Program-made: the position numbers and the translations under genes | From: Oikopleura dioica | Taxonomy: Eukaryota; Animalia; Chordata | Direction of reading: 5' to 3' | Assembly (NCBI GenBank): GCA_907165135.1 | Contig: OU015568.1 | Span: 3,162,001 to 3,226,000, forward strand | Length of the DNA stretch: 64,000 nucleotides | In this document: piece by piece, positions 38,505 to 51,062 of the stretch | How positions within the stretch are numbered: the first letter of the stretch is position 1 | Layout of the letters: the number at the start of each line of letters is the position of its first letter | Notes under the pieces: generated by a model | Told to the model about the DNA's origin: nothing | Databases searched by the model: none | Seen by the model: only the letters and a program-made list of their open reading frames with translations

Positions 38505-38690
38505 TCAATCTTCGGGGTAGGGATCCCGAAGAATAGACGATTTTAATACCCTCAATCTTCGGGGTAAAATCCCGAAGAGCTACCGATAAAAAATGCGGTC
38601 AATCTTCGGGGTCTCGAAAATCCAGAGACGAAGAATAACCGATCAAATTTGTGGTGAATCTTCGGGGTCAAAAAAAAAAATTTGAAGATG
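38505..38690. repeat. Four-unit hairpin tandem repeat (periods 47, 47, 56 bp)
   Basis: TCAATCTTCGGGGT starts at 38505, 38552, 38599 and (TGAATC...) 38655; each is followed by (CC)CGAAGA or TGAAGA, complementary to TCTTC(GG). Confidence 0.9.
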
Positions 38691-39375
38691 AATACTTATT
38701 AAAGATCAGCATATTTAATTTTTCTATAGTTATTCCTGCTATGCCACCTTTGGCAGAGAAATGAGCTTAAGTTTCTTTTCTTTCTCTTTTCAAAAAAATA
38801 GGCCAATATATTTTTTCCGGGAAAATAGCGATTTTGAAAATTTTTTCGATTTTGAGCGAAATCTGCTAATTTGACCGCTGCTAAATTGACCATACCCACT
38901 GTATATTCTGCATTTGTTCACGTCTCTCTCTATTTGGAAGGAAATAAATATTTCGAAAACCGGAATGGGAAATCTCTCGTTTTTCAGCACTTATTTATCC
39001 CTCTCTGCGTAGACACCTTTATAAATGAATAAGTAATTTCTTTCATACTACAGTATTATATTTAATCTGTTTACTTCAAGATATCCTTTATAAATACAGT
39101 AAATGAGCTACGGAGTTTGATTATTGGTTTGGCAAGTGTTGAACATTCTGATTGCGTGCGCGTTGGCAATGTTTGATCGGAAAGAACACTTTTGTCACCA
39201 GGACAACAGTGCTCAGAGCTCAAGAGCAACACGAACGCGGGACGAGTCGTCAGATTTTCACTGACAAAAGAGCCCTATTGATTGATACAATACATTCCAT
39301 TTTTCCAAGGATTTAACAAGAAGAGAAAGTATCGAAATACCAAAATTAAGAAAAACCCGCTAAAACAGCTCAAAA

Positions 39376-40480
39376 ATGAGGGATGAAACAAATCCGAGCA
39401 GCAATGGAATAAGCCAGAAAGAATACGAGTCGCTCATCAAAGAAATCGCGGGAAAAGAACTGACGAAAAAAGAACAGGTAAAAGCTGAAGGAATATTGAA
39501 TATTCCAAAGTAGCCACAGACGCAAATAAAATATCAAATAGAGCAGCAGTGGCGTTTTTTCGTAGTGACGTGTTTATGAGAGCCGACGCCCAGGAGTCTG
39601 AGATTTCAATTTTCAGACTGAGTAAATTCAAGAGTTGGAGAATAATTTTATAGGTCCATTATGAATAAAATTAACTTTCCACTCTCTGCTGTATTATCAA
39701 ATATCTAAAAACGAATTATTTTGAATAAAAAACTCCGTTTTCATAGTCATTTAAAAAATACAGATTCTTTGGAAATCAAAGTGAACTTATTGTTTTCAGA
39801 TTCAATTCTTCAAACCACCCGCTCCCACCGCTTTCTCTCGATATTACAAAGCCCCGCAACCAAAGAAGAAACTTTCAACCGGCAGACTTGAAGCCATGGC
39901 TAGGCCAAGTACTCACACAGTCTTTCGCCAAGAATCTGAATGGACAAAGTGGTACAGGATCAGGTTAAAAATCTGAAGAAGGGCAAGAAAGAAATATTTT
40001 TTTCTAGACAAACAAGCCCTCAGTACGATGTCGGATACAGTCAGTTTATTGCCAACTCTGTTGGAATTTATCCAGAAGCAGAGAAAGAAAATATCGTCAG
40101 GTACTCCCTTATCTTACGATTGGAGTAAAATTTGTCTATCAGGAGGGCAAGAAGGTACGAGCTAAATTCCGCCTCCCGAGAACGCCACCGAGAACGAATT
40201 TTGAACCGGCTTGAACATGTCCGAAAAACTCAAAGTGCAAACGACGCCAATCGAACTCTCCGAAACGAGAAGCAGCAGCAATCTCCTTTTAACAAAAACC
40301 AAAGAGGTAAATGATCATTTTTCTATCCCTCATCAAAACCGCCGTTTCAGACCTGAACCCATCGCTTCTTCGGTCAAGAGCGTCGAAAGGTCCTTCCCGA
40401 CAGATGAACTTGCTCGAACCAGAAGCTCTGTCGATTCCCGTTGATCCCTTCTGTCTGAAAAGACCGCGTCTGCCGAGATA
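39376..40480 (+). CDS. Hypothetical multi-exon protein (basic, low complexity)
   Basis: Open exons flanked by GT-AG introns (MRDETNPSS..., IQFFKPPAPTAFSRYY..., RARRYELNSASRERHRERIL...); no domain recognised. Confidence 0.5.
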
Positions 40481-40800
40481 ACTTTGGTAGAAATATAATT
40501 TTGATTTCATGAATACTGCTTCCATTATCCCATATCTATTCTACTTCAATACAATAAATATAATCCCACATAAGCTCGTCATAATCTGTAGAATCGCCAA
40601 AAAACAAAAAAAATGACATATTTTTCCGATAACAGACGGGGCCATTTGTAAACGAATGTAATTAGGCTTCGAAAATAGATGAGAATGCCACTTTTTGGCA
40701 GACAGAAGTACAGAATCTGTTCAATCGCTGAATAATGCAGAGTGATTTTAACTGAGAAAAAAGGGGCGAAACATTGACAGATAGAAATTGACTTAGAGAA

Positions 40801-41123
40801 ATGCGTCTTTTCGTTTTTCTTTGCTTGGTTTTCACCATGTCAGGAAAGTTTTTTATAGGAAAAAATTGAATTCATTTCTTAAAAATACTTAAAAAAGAAG
40901 CAGCAATGTTTGGGCTGAAATTTGCTGATCCACGGTTTTCATTAAATAACTATATTTTGCATCGTTTTATAAATTAAGGTTCCATCGCGTGGTTAAACAA
41001 CGATATAATCGAAAAAGCTGCCATCAAAGATTCACTCAGATGCTACGCAACCTCTCGGCAGGAATCGGAGACGGGATGCTGTCCGACAATTTCAACGACT
41101 TGGGCTTGTCTCAAAAGGACTAG
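40801..41123 (+). CDS. Small secreted protein candidate (~75 aa)
   Basis: MRLFVFLCLVFTMSAAMFGLKFADPR/FHRVVKQRYNRKSCHQRF...KD* with GA-AG and GT-AG micro-introns; an alternative frame for exon 3 is possible. Confidence 0.45.
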
Positions 41124-41529
41124 GGTGGGCGAAAGTTGTGCATCTAGGGCTAGGCTGCTGCTGAAGGGTAAGCTTGTTTCTGACTGGCTGACAAAATAGA
41201 TGCCGGCATCTGATTTGCTTAAAAACTCAATCGACTTGGAGAATTTCGCCCACCCTACTTAAAGGCGAAAATTTTTTCTCAATACAAACTTTGTCTTGAG
41301 GGAGCGTCAAATTTTCTCTGACTTTGAATTTAGAATAATAAAAAATAAAGAAAATCTATAAAAGTCGTTCTCTTTTTCTTTATTTTCATGAAGACAGCCG
41401 GTAAGGATAAAAGTCACTTTCTGTGAAACGCACTTTCAATAATTGAATCTTCATTTTTAAAAATGTGATTTGAAAGTGTTCTCTTTTCTGAAAAATGTGT
41501 TGTATTGAAAAATTGTATAAAATTTTACA

Positions 41530-42212
41530 AGGTCTGTGCGGAAGAAAATACAAAAAAGTCCGAGCAAGAAAGAAAAAGAGAAAAGGCGGAGGAGGTTCTA
41601 ATACTGGTTCAATGTAAATTTTGTCCAGGAGGATTTTATTGACGATCTTTCTACTAGATGCGTAGCCAGAACAGCTGTGAGGAAATGGAATGATGCGAGG
41701 AGGGGAGATGATTTTTTGGAAATCGAGTACAACGAAGCGAGAGAGCAGCAGTTTGAATATCTTGAGGAGGATGAAGAGTTCTTCTCGACCGATTCAGAGG
41801 AAGAGGAAGAAGAGGTTGAAGATGATGGTCTTAGTCAGAGCTTTTCTACTGCATAAGGAGATACTTTCAATCTAGGGATAAATAAGATTTATCTTTCTGA
41901 ACGTTAAAAAAGAATGTTTTTCTTCGATAAAGCTTGTTGAACAGCGAGCTAGAAAGCGAGCTCGTCGATCCCGAAAAATCAGAAGCCGATGATGAAAAAT
42001 CCATTCAAAGTGTCGAAGAAGAGCGAAAACTCCGACAATCCATCATCATCCGAAATCAACAAGGAGAGCGAAATGACGATTCAGAAGATGAAATAATTTC
42101 TACCACTCAATCATCCTCAGGTTATTCTTATTCCCGGGAGTTTAATAGGGAGATAAAAGAAACATTAAGAGTCACGAATGGAAAAAGAGCAAGAAATCGA
42201 AGAAAAAGATGA
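41530..42212 (+). CDS. Acidic low-complexity protein exons
   Basis: Glu/Asp-rich open exons (FLEIEYNEAREQQFEYLEEDEEFFSTDSEEEEEE; ELVDPEKSEADDEK); gene structure unresolved. Confidence 0.35.
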
Positions 42213-42485
42213 AGAACTTGCAACATTTTCTGCTGAAGATTAAATTTGAACTCAATTCTTTGAATACCATCATTCTTCATTGATAAACTGTCATGTACTG
42301 CATCTATTTTTGTCAAGAACACGGGTTCTTACTGGCGAATACAACTTGTTTGACCATCTTTCATTTCCTTTTTTCGAGGGGTAGGTTCTTTTGCGCTGTA
42401 AAGAATGAATATTCATCAGGATTCTTGAAGGTATAAAAACTTTTGTCGAAACATCAAGAATCGTGGGTAGAGTGACAAAAGAAAA

Positions 42486-42913
42486 ATGTTCAAAATTCTT
42501 CTTGCCATTTTTTCGCTTGCAACTGGACTCATCGTACAAGAGATTGTTCAGAAAAATAAAGAGGATCAATGTTAAGGGTTTCTCAAAGCAAAAGAGAGGA
42601 CTATTTTGAATTGCTTGAGAGAACCCATAAAAGTGCAATAATGCTGCTTTTGTTGTCGAAAAATGAAGAATACTGGAATGCAGCACTTAAAAATTTAGAT
42701 CGCCCGTTCAGAAAATTCAACCCAATGTGTGAAATTCTAGCGCAGACCATGGCGAGCATCAGTAACGGCTTCAAAACCAAAGATATCCATAAGAATGATA
42801 AACATAAAAAGCTCCATATAGACACGAATGCGAAGAGAACCCGACATTCATATTTTGCTGCAAAAAGAAAGTCCACAGACTCTGAATCTCAAAAAGTCAA
42901 ATACTCAAATTAA
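42486..42913 (+). CDS. Small secreted protein, unknown family, paralog 1
   Basis: MFKILLAIFSLATGLIVQE / 35-nt GA-AG intron (42542-42576) / VSQSKREDYF...LLLLSKNEEYWNAALKNLDRPFRKFNPMCEIL. Confidence 0.7.
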
Positions 42914-43115
42914 ACCGTGAAACTCATCTTTTTGGTCATTTAAGCTAGCCACAGCCTTCATTATTCCTTCATATAACTTTTCATCAAGCGCGCAGAACCA
43001 CATTTTCCTGTCATTTGCATTTATCGAACCGACGAGGTCTTGTGTGTATTTTAAAGAGTATAAAAGCAGTTTATTCGGAGATTTACTTTCTAGTTCTGAT
43101 TGAAAAAGAAAGAGA

Positions 43116-43456
43116 ATGCGGATGTTTCTCTGCCTCTTTTCGCTGTTTTTGATCGGTTCGGCTTTTCCACTGACGGAAAGATCATCATTAGGAAGGGTAG
43201 AACAGAGAGAACGGAAAAACTCTTTTCAATGATTAGGGTCTTTTCTCGAAAAGCTCGGCCTTTCGTATCAAGAATCGAGATAGAGAAAAGACCCGACAAA
43301 AGTGCAAAAGAATTAATGATTCTTTTAAACGAGAACGAAGAATATTGGAGTTCTGTGATGTCACATTTCAACCGACCTTTTAATAACATTAACGCCATGT
43401 GCAATATGCTCGACCAGGCGATTCAAATAGCCGCTGGAATAAGAAGAGGAAGATGA
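43116..43456 (+). CDS. Small secreted protein, unknown family, paralog 2
   Basis: MRMFLCLFSLFLIGSAFPLTERSSLGR / 41-nt GG-AG intron (43196-43236) / VFSRKAR...MILLNENEEYWSSVMSHFNRPFNNINAMCNML. Confidence 0.7.
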
Positions 43457-43982
43457 TATCCTTTTGTGAGGTTTTACGAACCCTGAGGCCGGAGATTTTA
43501 TCTGAGGCCACATCTTACTGCGCGCTACGCGTGCATCTCAGTCGTCTTGTAAATAAAACTCGAGCAACACCTTTTCCAGAGTTCTTGTCTTTTATTCACC
43601 GCACTAGAGAATACGCAAAGTGGGGAACTTCTAGCAAGCCGCAGGATTTGCAAGACCTTACACTTTCATAAACAAAATTTATTAAAAACCGTAATAAAAT
43701 GCAAAAATAGACAAAAGAATCCTTTGGCGATATATAAGGTGGCATTTTGGAAGGGTCCACTGTCAAGCTTTGACACGAAAAAACAACTGATATGGCGAAA
43801 ATGCAATATATTATTTATTTTTCATTTCTAGTCACGCAAAATATTCGGCCGCGAAATAAACCAAAGAATAAAAGATAATCTGGACCCTCATTTGATAAAT
43901 TTTAATGCCTCTTCTTTATTTAATGATATCAGCAGGTGAAACAAATTGCAGAACATCATCAAGCTTTATATTCAAGAAAAAT

Positions 43983-44183
43983 ATGCGCTTTCGACTGTTC
44001 ATCCTTCTTTCTTTTGCTTTGGGAATGTATTCAAGAGATCAAAAAACTTGTGATAAGCTTCTGGACGAAATCCACCTTGACAAAATGGAATACGAAGATC
44101 CTAGCGACGCTATGATATTTTGCGAACTGATGAGGGTTGTGCTTCGCCCTTCTCCTCCCCAAAACAATCTTCAAGTCTTTTGA
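43983..44183 (+). CDS. 66-aa single-exon secreted peptide candidate
   Basis: MRFRLFILLSFALGMYSRDQKTCDKLLDEIHLDKMEYEDPSDAMIFCELMRVVLRPSPPQNNLQVF*; signal peptide, two Cys. Confidence 0.55.
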   Translation: MRFRLFILLSFALGMYSRDQKTCDKLLDEIHLDKMEYEDPSDAMIFCELMRVVLRPSPPQNNLQVF

Positions 44184-44216
44184 GTAAATAAATCTTTCCA
44201 TTTGAGAGTTTACTTT

Positions 44217-46686
44217 CTAATAAAAGTCATAGTAGGAGAGGTCATCCTCGATTCGACAGAGATCGACTTCGCAGGGTTCAGTTATCTTCATATCGTTGAT
44301 GACAAAATTGTAGTATGGTTCCCAGTCTTTCGCGATTTTTCTTGTCCTAGATCGACTAGCTTGGCCGCAAGTTGCAGAACAGGAGCTCCATTGCGACCAG
44401 GGTTGAATTGCGCATTCTGGAATTTGGTCGAAAATGAACCATTGTGCCCTGTTACTTTGTTTTACTGAAAAATTTTTCGAAAAGAAACAACAAAAACCGC
44501 TTACTGTTGAGATCTCCATGAAGAAAGTAATCCGGTTCATTTGGCAACGAAATTGCGAAGTAGTCCAGTCCCCGTCTGGACATCATCTTTCTTACTGTCC
44601 AGAAGCTCTTTGCCCCGCTCTCTCCCTAAAAAATTATATTTCTGAAATCAGCCCAAGGCTTTTACCCAAATAGCGTTTGATGGCTTTCCTAGAAAATTTG
44701 GCTTCCAAACGAGATATTCTCCAGTGTTCTTTTGAATCTGATACGCTTGTGGATTGGAGCAATCGAGTTTGAGAGTGAACTCTGGGTTCACAGCGGACTT
44801 CATTATCAAATTGCTTCGAGTTCCTTTCATGACAAGGGCAGAACTAGAGCAGATATCCCGAGTAGGCTTGGCGCAGTCTCCACTATCGAAGAATGTTGTT
44901 GTACTAGTTGTGCGGGTTGTCGTAGTCGTTGTACTAGTTGACGTTGTTGTTGATGTGGTAATTGTTTTTGTTGTCTTCCGGGTAGTTGTCGTCGATGTTG
45001 TCGTCGTCGTAATGGTCGTTGACGTTGTTGTCGTCGTCGTTGTCGTTGTTGTAGTCGAGGTTGTTGTGGTTGTTCTGGATAATGGATTCAAAAAAAAATC
45101 GCTTCAGCGAGTCGCTAAAATTTGATAGAGATCAAAAACTTAAAATTTGTTATTTATGAATGGATTTCAAATCCGAATGTTGTGGTCGAGGTTGTTGTGG
45201 TCGTAGTAGAGGTGGTTGTAGTAGTGGTCGTTGTTGTTGATGAGGTGGTTCTTCTCTTTGTTGTTGATGTTGAAGTCGTTGTAGTTGTTGTAGTTGTTGT
45301 AGTAGTTGTTGAAGTTGTCGTCGTAGTAGATGTTGTTGTGCTAGTAGTGGTCGTAGTTGTGGTCGTAGTTGTGCTTGTAGTTGTTGTAGTTGTGGTCGTT
45401 GTTGTTGTTCGCGTTGTTGTTGTCGTTGTAGTAGAAGTAGTTGTAGTTGTTGTTGTTGTTGTTGACGTCGTTGTTGTTGTACTTGTCGTAGTAGTTGAAG
45501 AAGTCGATGTCGTTGTTGCTGGAGCTCTCTGACTTTCCCCATAGCTTTTCTCAAGTTCAAAAAAATCCTGTTTTATATTTTATACGAAACTTGAGAACTT
45601 TCAAAACTTGGCAATTATTCATCGAGTAGTAGGTCACCTTGAACTGAGGGACAATAGAACAGCCGCTCAAAGAAACGCACAAGAATCGCCCGTTCCTGGG
45701 CATCGTTTGGAAAGCGTCGCAAAACTTGTTTTGCTTGCATTTTTCAAAGCAAAGTCTGAATGAGTTGGATTGATTTACTAAAAGATGATGATCCTCTGAC
45801 TACCTTTCTGATTCGACACTTATTGCGCGTCCTAAATAATGTTTGCTTGAATTGCATCTGTAGTGTTGGATTGGCTGGCAGTTGGAAAAATCAAAGACGT
45901 TTTCGGTTTGGAAATAGTCGATTGTTGTTGTGGTGCTTGTAGTTGTCGTTGTTGTCGTTGTTGTCGTCGTTGTGGTAGAAGTTGTGGTAGTCGTTTTTTG
46001 GTCTAAATAAGAATGATCATTGGAAATTTTTTTTGATTGGCCAGATTCTTTTTTTTTTGAAAGAGTTAAACAACTATCAGAAGTCAAAAATCCTTGTACC
46101 TTCAGGTAAAGAGACGCAAACAGCATAAGCATTTGTATTTCTTGAAATCAGATACATTTTTCCCGCTTTGAGCACAACATTCGGCAAGTATTCGTATTTA
46201 TACGATCTCGAAAATAGCTGCCTTGAAAATCTATTGATCCACTGGGGAACTTCGAGTCCAAGGTCATCCTTCAAAACTGGCACACGGGTTCCGTCAAAAT
46301 TTGTGAATCCAATTTGAGTGAGGCCAAGATGAACTCGTTGGTCGAAAGAAAGTCCGAGCGTCTCGTACAGTTCTTTGAATTCGCCTCGTTTTGGTTGGGT
46401 TCGAGGGACGTACAAAACGCCGCTGTTTCGTTGGCAGTAGTATTCGGCATGAGATTTTACTAATTCAACAGGTCTTGCAAGCCAAACACTTATCCTGGCT
46501 TCATAAAATGTTCTTTATCAAACAATTTAGTTGATCTTTGAAGCCATAACAAAGTCCATTAAAATCATACGCATAAGACGGACATCCCTTTGGATGCTCT
46601 CCTCTTGAGCCCATATAGCTTGAACCGTAACCGTAGCCACCGTAGCCAAAAACTTGATAAACTAAGAGTTGAAATAGTTGTCGCAT
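44217..46686 (-). CDS. Secreted mucin-like mosaic protein: C-type-lectin-like, Thr tract, PAN/apple-like, long Thr mucin, beta-trefoil-like, TSP1
   Basis: CPSYAYDFNGLCY...AEYYCQRNSGVLYVP...VHLGL (CTLD); CFEKCKQNKFCDAF (PAN-like); ACN-codon Thr tracts 44930-45530; WSQWSSCSATCGQASRSRTR (TSP1). Confidence 0.85.
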
Positions 46687-47353
46687 TTCTCTGTTTTGAT
46701 CGATCGGAAAGAAAAAGAACGAGGTACTAATCTGATGATTTATTTACTTTTTTAAAGCGTCTCAAAACAATCAAGAGCTACTCATCAGATTTGAGACCCT
46801 CTGATTTAAATAAAAATTAAAGAACTTATTTGAAGCACACATGAAATATATCATGCTGCCTCGAGTCGAGGCCCCTCGACTGGCGGCTGGGGACAGCAGC
46901 TGATCACCAGCTATGGGTAAGGCCAATATAATAAGTACCATATGGATTTTACCATCTGTAGACTGCATCTTTTAGGCATAAAATCGGAGTGCTATGGTAA
47001 GAATATCCACAAATATGAATCAAAAACGTAAAAAATTTATCGCTCTATCATTTCAAAAATAATGGAGCGTAAAATATTTCACATCCCTAAGATTTTTTAA
47101 GAATTTCGTATCATGGTGAATCCGAACTTTGTTAGAACTGATGTATCAAAGATCATAACAACTTGTATCCTATAAATAAATTTTAAAGAGAAACAAATGT
47201 TGATGGTTCAAAGAGACTTTATTCTAAAGTTTATGTGTGTAAAATTGCTTGTTTGCTAGATGTGCACTTAACAAGTTTAGAGTATATTTGAGAGAAGGTG
47301 TTGAAGAGGGGCGATTAACTTCTGTCCAAACTGTGACGTCGGCTTGTAGAGTC

Positions 47354-47379
47354 GCCACTTGAGCGAGAAGCCAAGTGGC
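47354..47379. promoter_or_regulatory. Inverted pair of CAAGTG (NK2-class/E-box) sites upstream of FoxQ1
   Basis: GCCACTTG-10 nt-CAAGTGGC perfect 8-bp inverted repeat ~125 bp upstream of the ATG; function inferred. Confidence 0.4.
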
Positions 47380-47501
47380 TGTTTCTTCGGAAACAATAGA
47401 TTCAGATCAACATCGCCTGACTGCGCCACCGCTCACATTCTGTCAGACCTTCCAGACGATCCAAAGAAGCTGCTGCCGAACAGATAGAGTAAATTGACGA
47501 A

Positions 47502-48750
47502 ATGACAAAGGTAAATAATTTATCAAGAAATTATCAAAAATTCGCCTCTAAAGCAGGGTACCTTTTTATCGGACAAATTCTTTCTAGAGTCCGAAATCCC
47601 GCGGATATCGACGTCATGAAAAACCACCCCTCTCCTACATCACCTTGATCGCCATGGCCATCAAGTCCCACTCGAGCCAGCGCGCAACCCTGCAGCAGAT
47701 AAACGAATGGCTCGCTGCAAATTTCCCCTTCTTCAGAGGTGAATACGTTGGATGGAAAAACTCAGTCAGACATAATTTGAGTCTCAATGATTGCTTTGTA
47801 AAGGTTAGTTGATTTATGTTTTGAAACGAGTTCGATTCCCGCTGTGAATTGGTATTTGGGCGAGTTAGATTTGGATTATTTGTTTTGAAGAATGTAAGCT
47901 AAGAATCAATTTTCCTTGATTCTAGCTTAGTGCCAAATAATAGGCATGAAACCTCAGCAGGTTAACCCTTAACGTTCTTCGCTGATAAGGTTTGCTACAG
48001 GAAGTAAACCATTGTTCATGGAAAATTCCGCGAGACGATGAATTTAAGACTAGAAAAGATTATTTACGGAATATCATTGTTCAGCTTATGTACAGTAGAC
48101 TTGCGGTGAGTGAATGCTTATTCAAGCCCATTCAAGAGCAGCGGATATTACGCTGATGAAAAATCAACTCCCATGAAAGGAGCGCTCACTTTTGTTGAAA
48201 ATGCAAATTTATTATTGTCGTTACGGAATCAGCGGATTTGAATTATCAGAAGAAAGATGGAATTTTCCACCATTATGACATACCAATTGAATAATCAAAT
48301 AACAGTTAGTAACTGTAGTCTTTAGATTCTTCGAGATCCAAGCCGGCCATGGGGAAAAGACAATTACTGGACAATCGCTGAAAACTGCTCGTATATTTTT
48401 GACAACGGAGCGTTTCGACGACGAAGAAAAAATGAGCTTGCAAATCGACCCGCTCCCTTTTCGATAGGTAAACAAACATTGATTTAGATGTAGCTATAAA
48501 ACTCTTTAAAATCATTCAATTATAACTATCAACATTCTAAGACTGGATTCTCTCCCTTCCAAATTCTCGCCCGTCAAGTCCTCTTTCCTCAAGCGATTCC
48601 GAAACATGCAGTGTTTCTTCAACAACACCTCCACCCGCACTCAAGCGACACTACCCGCTCTCCACCCTTCCCTTTTGCCTACCACGACGTTTGCCGCAAG
48701 TCTACCATGTCAAAAAACGCTCCTTCACGATCGACAGTATTCTCACTTGA
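47502..48750 (+). CDS. FOXQ1: Forkhead transcription factor FoxQ1
   Basis: Four exons (47502-47510, 47588-47803, 48326-48467, 48542-48750): [14 protein letters not shown]...[50 protein letters not shown] (FoxQ1-diagnostic) and C-terminal eh1 FTIDSIL; absent from the ORF track. Confidence 0.95.
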
Positions 48751-49146
48751 AAAATCTGCAGTTTTTGAAGCACCAAAACGACGCGGTCGGAATTTTTCGC
48801 CCGACCAGAGACGAAGAAATCGAAAAAAAATTTCAGAAATTTTCGATTTTTGAACAAAAAAAATCGACGAAAGGAAAGTTCTTCCTGATTTATTACTGAA
48901 AAATGACAAAGGACACAATTAATGTTGTCTTGAAATAAAATAAATTGCCACACCTAATTTCTTTCAATAATTTCAGGGCAGTTTTTCAGACACGTTATCG
49001 TTATAGACCAAAATTGAAAGTGAAAGCTCTAGCGCCCCCCTTGAACCTTGGCATATCCCGAAGGGGCTGATATTCATAGCTTTTTCTTATCAGTCATACT
49101 TGTTTTTCTGGATAACAGGAAGTAAGAGAAGCAAGAGAAACAGTGG

Positions 49147-51062
49147 ATGAAACTCTTGAGAAGTCTAACCATAGCTGGGGTCTATGCGGGCTGGCCGCAG
49201 AAGTTTGAGAATATCAAGGTAAGAAAGAGTACCTAGCCGCGGGCGGAATTACTTTTTGCGCTTGTATTTATGTAAGAATTCATGTCGCAAAGTTTTAAGG
49301 GATACATTCATTTGAATTTTCTTTTTCTAGGAAGAGGATGAAACAAAAGCATCGACTCTATCTGACTTCTGCACCGAGGAAATCATTCGAGTCAGGGACG
49401 CTCATCCCGTAGAAAATGGTTTTTGGGAATGCTCAGGTCTCAATGAAAGCGTCAGTAAAATGATTTGCAAGGCCAAATGCAATCTTGGAAATCTGAACAA
49501 AAAGGGAGCAGAAATCCGCGTCAAATGCAAGAACAGCCCGAGTCTCCAATTCAAAAAATTCAACGAAAATGACGAGCTCAAATGCGAAATAGCACCAAAC
49601 TCGTGCGAGGGGCCGATTTCAGAGCTTGATATTATCAAAGGAAGATTGGAACTTGTCTCTTCAAGTGCTAGAAAGGGCGACAAATACGATTTGATCTGTG
49701 ATACTGGCGCGGTTGTCGGATCGGTAAAATGCACAAATGGAAAGGTTTCTTCGAAAATACCCGATTTCGAGAGCGCTTGCGATCGGTTCGTTTGCGATCC
49801 AGCTGATGCCCTTGACGAGTTTCCGATCGGCCTTGGTGTTTGGAACTGCAAATCGAAGAAAGGCAAACTCACATGCAAAGCTGAATGCGGAATGTCACCG
49901 AGAAATGACAATATTCGATTTGAAATCAAATGCGACATTTCTGGCTGGTACATTCACAAGAAACCTGAATTTTCTGATGATGTCTGCCCGTCTGAGGAAC
50001 CCACGGAAGAACCTGTAACTTATCCTACTCCAGATGGTTTTGAGCCAATCGTAGATACGATTCAATCAGGCCTACAGCTCTGTTCGAGCGAAGATAATTT
50101 TCCGGGCGCGAGCTCTAGAAATGTCGAAGGCAGGGTTCCTAAGAATAAAGCCAAATAAACTGTTAAACTTTAAATAACAAAAAAAATGCAAAAAAAAAAA
50201 GAACCTTAAAAAGCAAGCAAGATTGTCGGCGGAATCGATGCTGACAACAATGCCTGGCCCTTTATCGTCCGATTCAGCATCACCGTTCGGAATAATCCAT
50301 CGCGTTACACCTGCGGAGGAGTAGTTGTTCATAACCACTGGGTACTCACAGCCGGTCATTGCTGCCAGAACAACGTCAATGGGATGCAAGCAACCTTTGG
50401 CGATCGATTGAAAAACGATCCTGACAGTAATGAATACACTCTTGACGCGGCAGACTGGTTCCGTCATCCACTTTGGGGCGATGCCAGTGATGGAACTGGG
50501 GGAAACCAAGATTGGTGCATGGTCAAATTCAACGAAGACATCATCGCAAATGACCCAGATGGTCTTGTCGGCATCCCATGTCTGCCAGACGTGAATCCGA
50601 TCCCTTCACAACATGGCAAAGCTTGTTGGCTCGCTGGTTGGGGAAGGACTGAAGATGGCCAGTTGGCGAATGTTCTTCAATCGACGGGAATCAACGTTCT
50701 CGACCATGAATATTGCATCGAAAAAGGCAATAAAGAATTCCTGGAAGTCGATGATATCTGCGCAGCCGTTCCAGATATGGACAATGATGGAGATGTTGAT
50801 GGAGGAAAAGATTCTTGCTCAGGAAATGGTTGAAAACACTCGTTTGAAAATTGAACACTATGCTCTAATAAGTAAAAATCTTTGAAAACCATAAACAGGT
50901 GATTCTGGAGGACCTCTTATTTGCCCCATCGACGGAAAAGCTATGATCATCGGTACAGTTTCAAGGGCAGTTGGCTGCGCCTTGGAAGGCTTCCCTGGTC
51001 TCAATACAAGCACATTCATTGGCAGAAATTGGATGAGAAATATCATCATTAATAACTCATAA
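49147..51062 (+). CDS. Trypsin-like serine protease with N-terminal Cys-repeat modules (paralog 1)
   Basis: Signal peptide, repeated NGFWEC/GVWNC modules, KIVGG, TAGHC, QDWCMVKF, GGKDSCSGDSGGP (GA-AG intron 50823-50898); triad and Asp189 intact. Confidence 0.95.

Noticed and set aside
38505-38690. CRISPR array
   Set aside because: Eukaryotic context, no cas genes, linkers are mutually homologous and repeats degenerate; kept only as a hairpin repeat
44732-45560. Val-rich and Gln-rich ORFs in the track (also 52036-52623)
   Set aside because: Antisense or alternative frames of Thr-codon mucin tracts
46865-46880. GC-rich mini-hairpin GTCGAG-GCCC-CTCGAC (similar one near 59646) as a Helitron end
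   Set aside because: No CTRR at the expected spacing
47825-47845. GTTCGATTCCC T-loop-like sequence in the FoxQ1 intron
   Set aside because: No cloverleaf in the flanks
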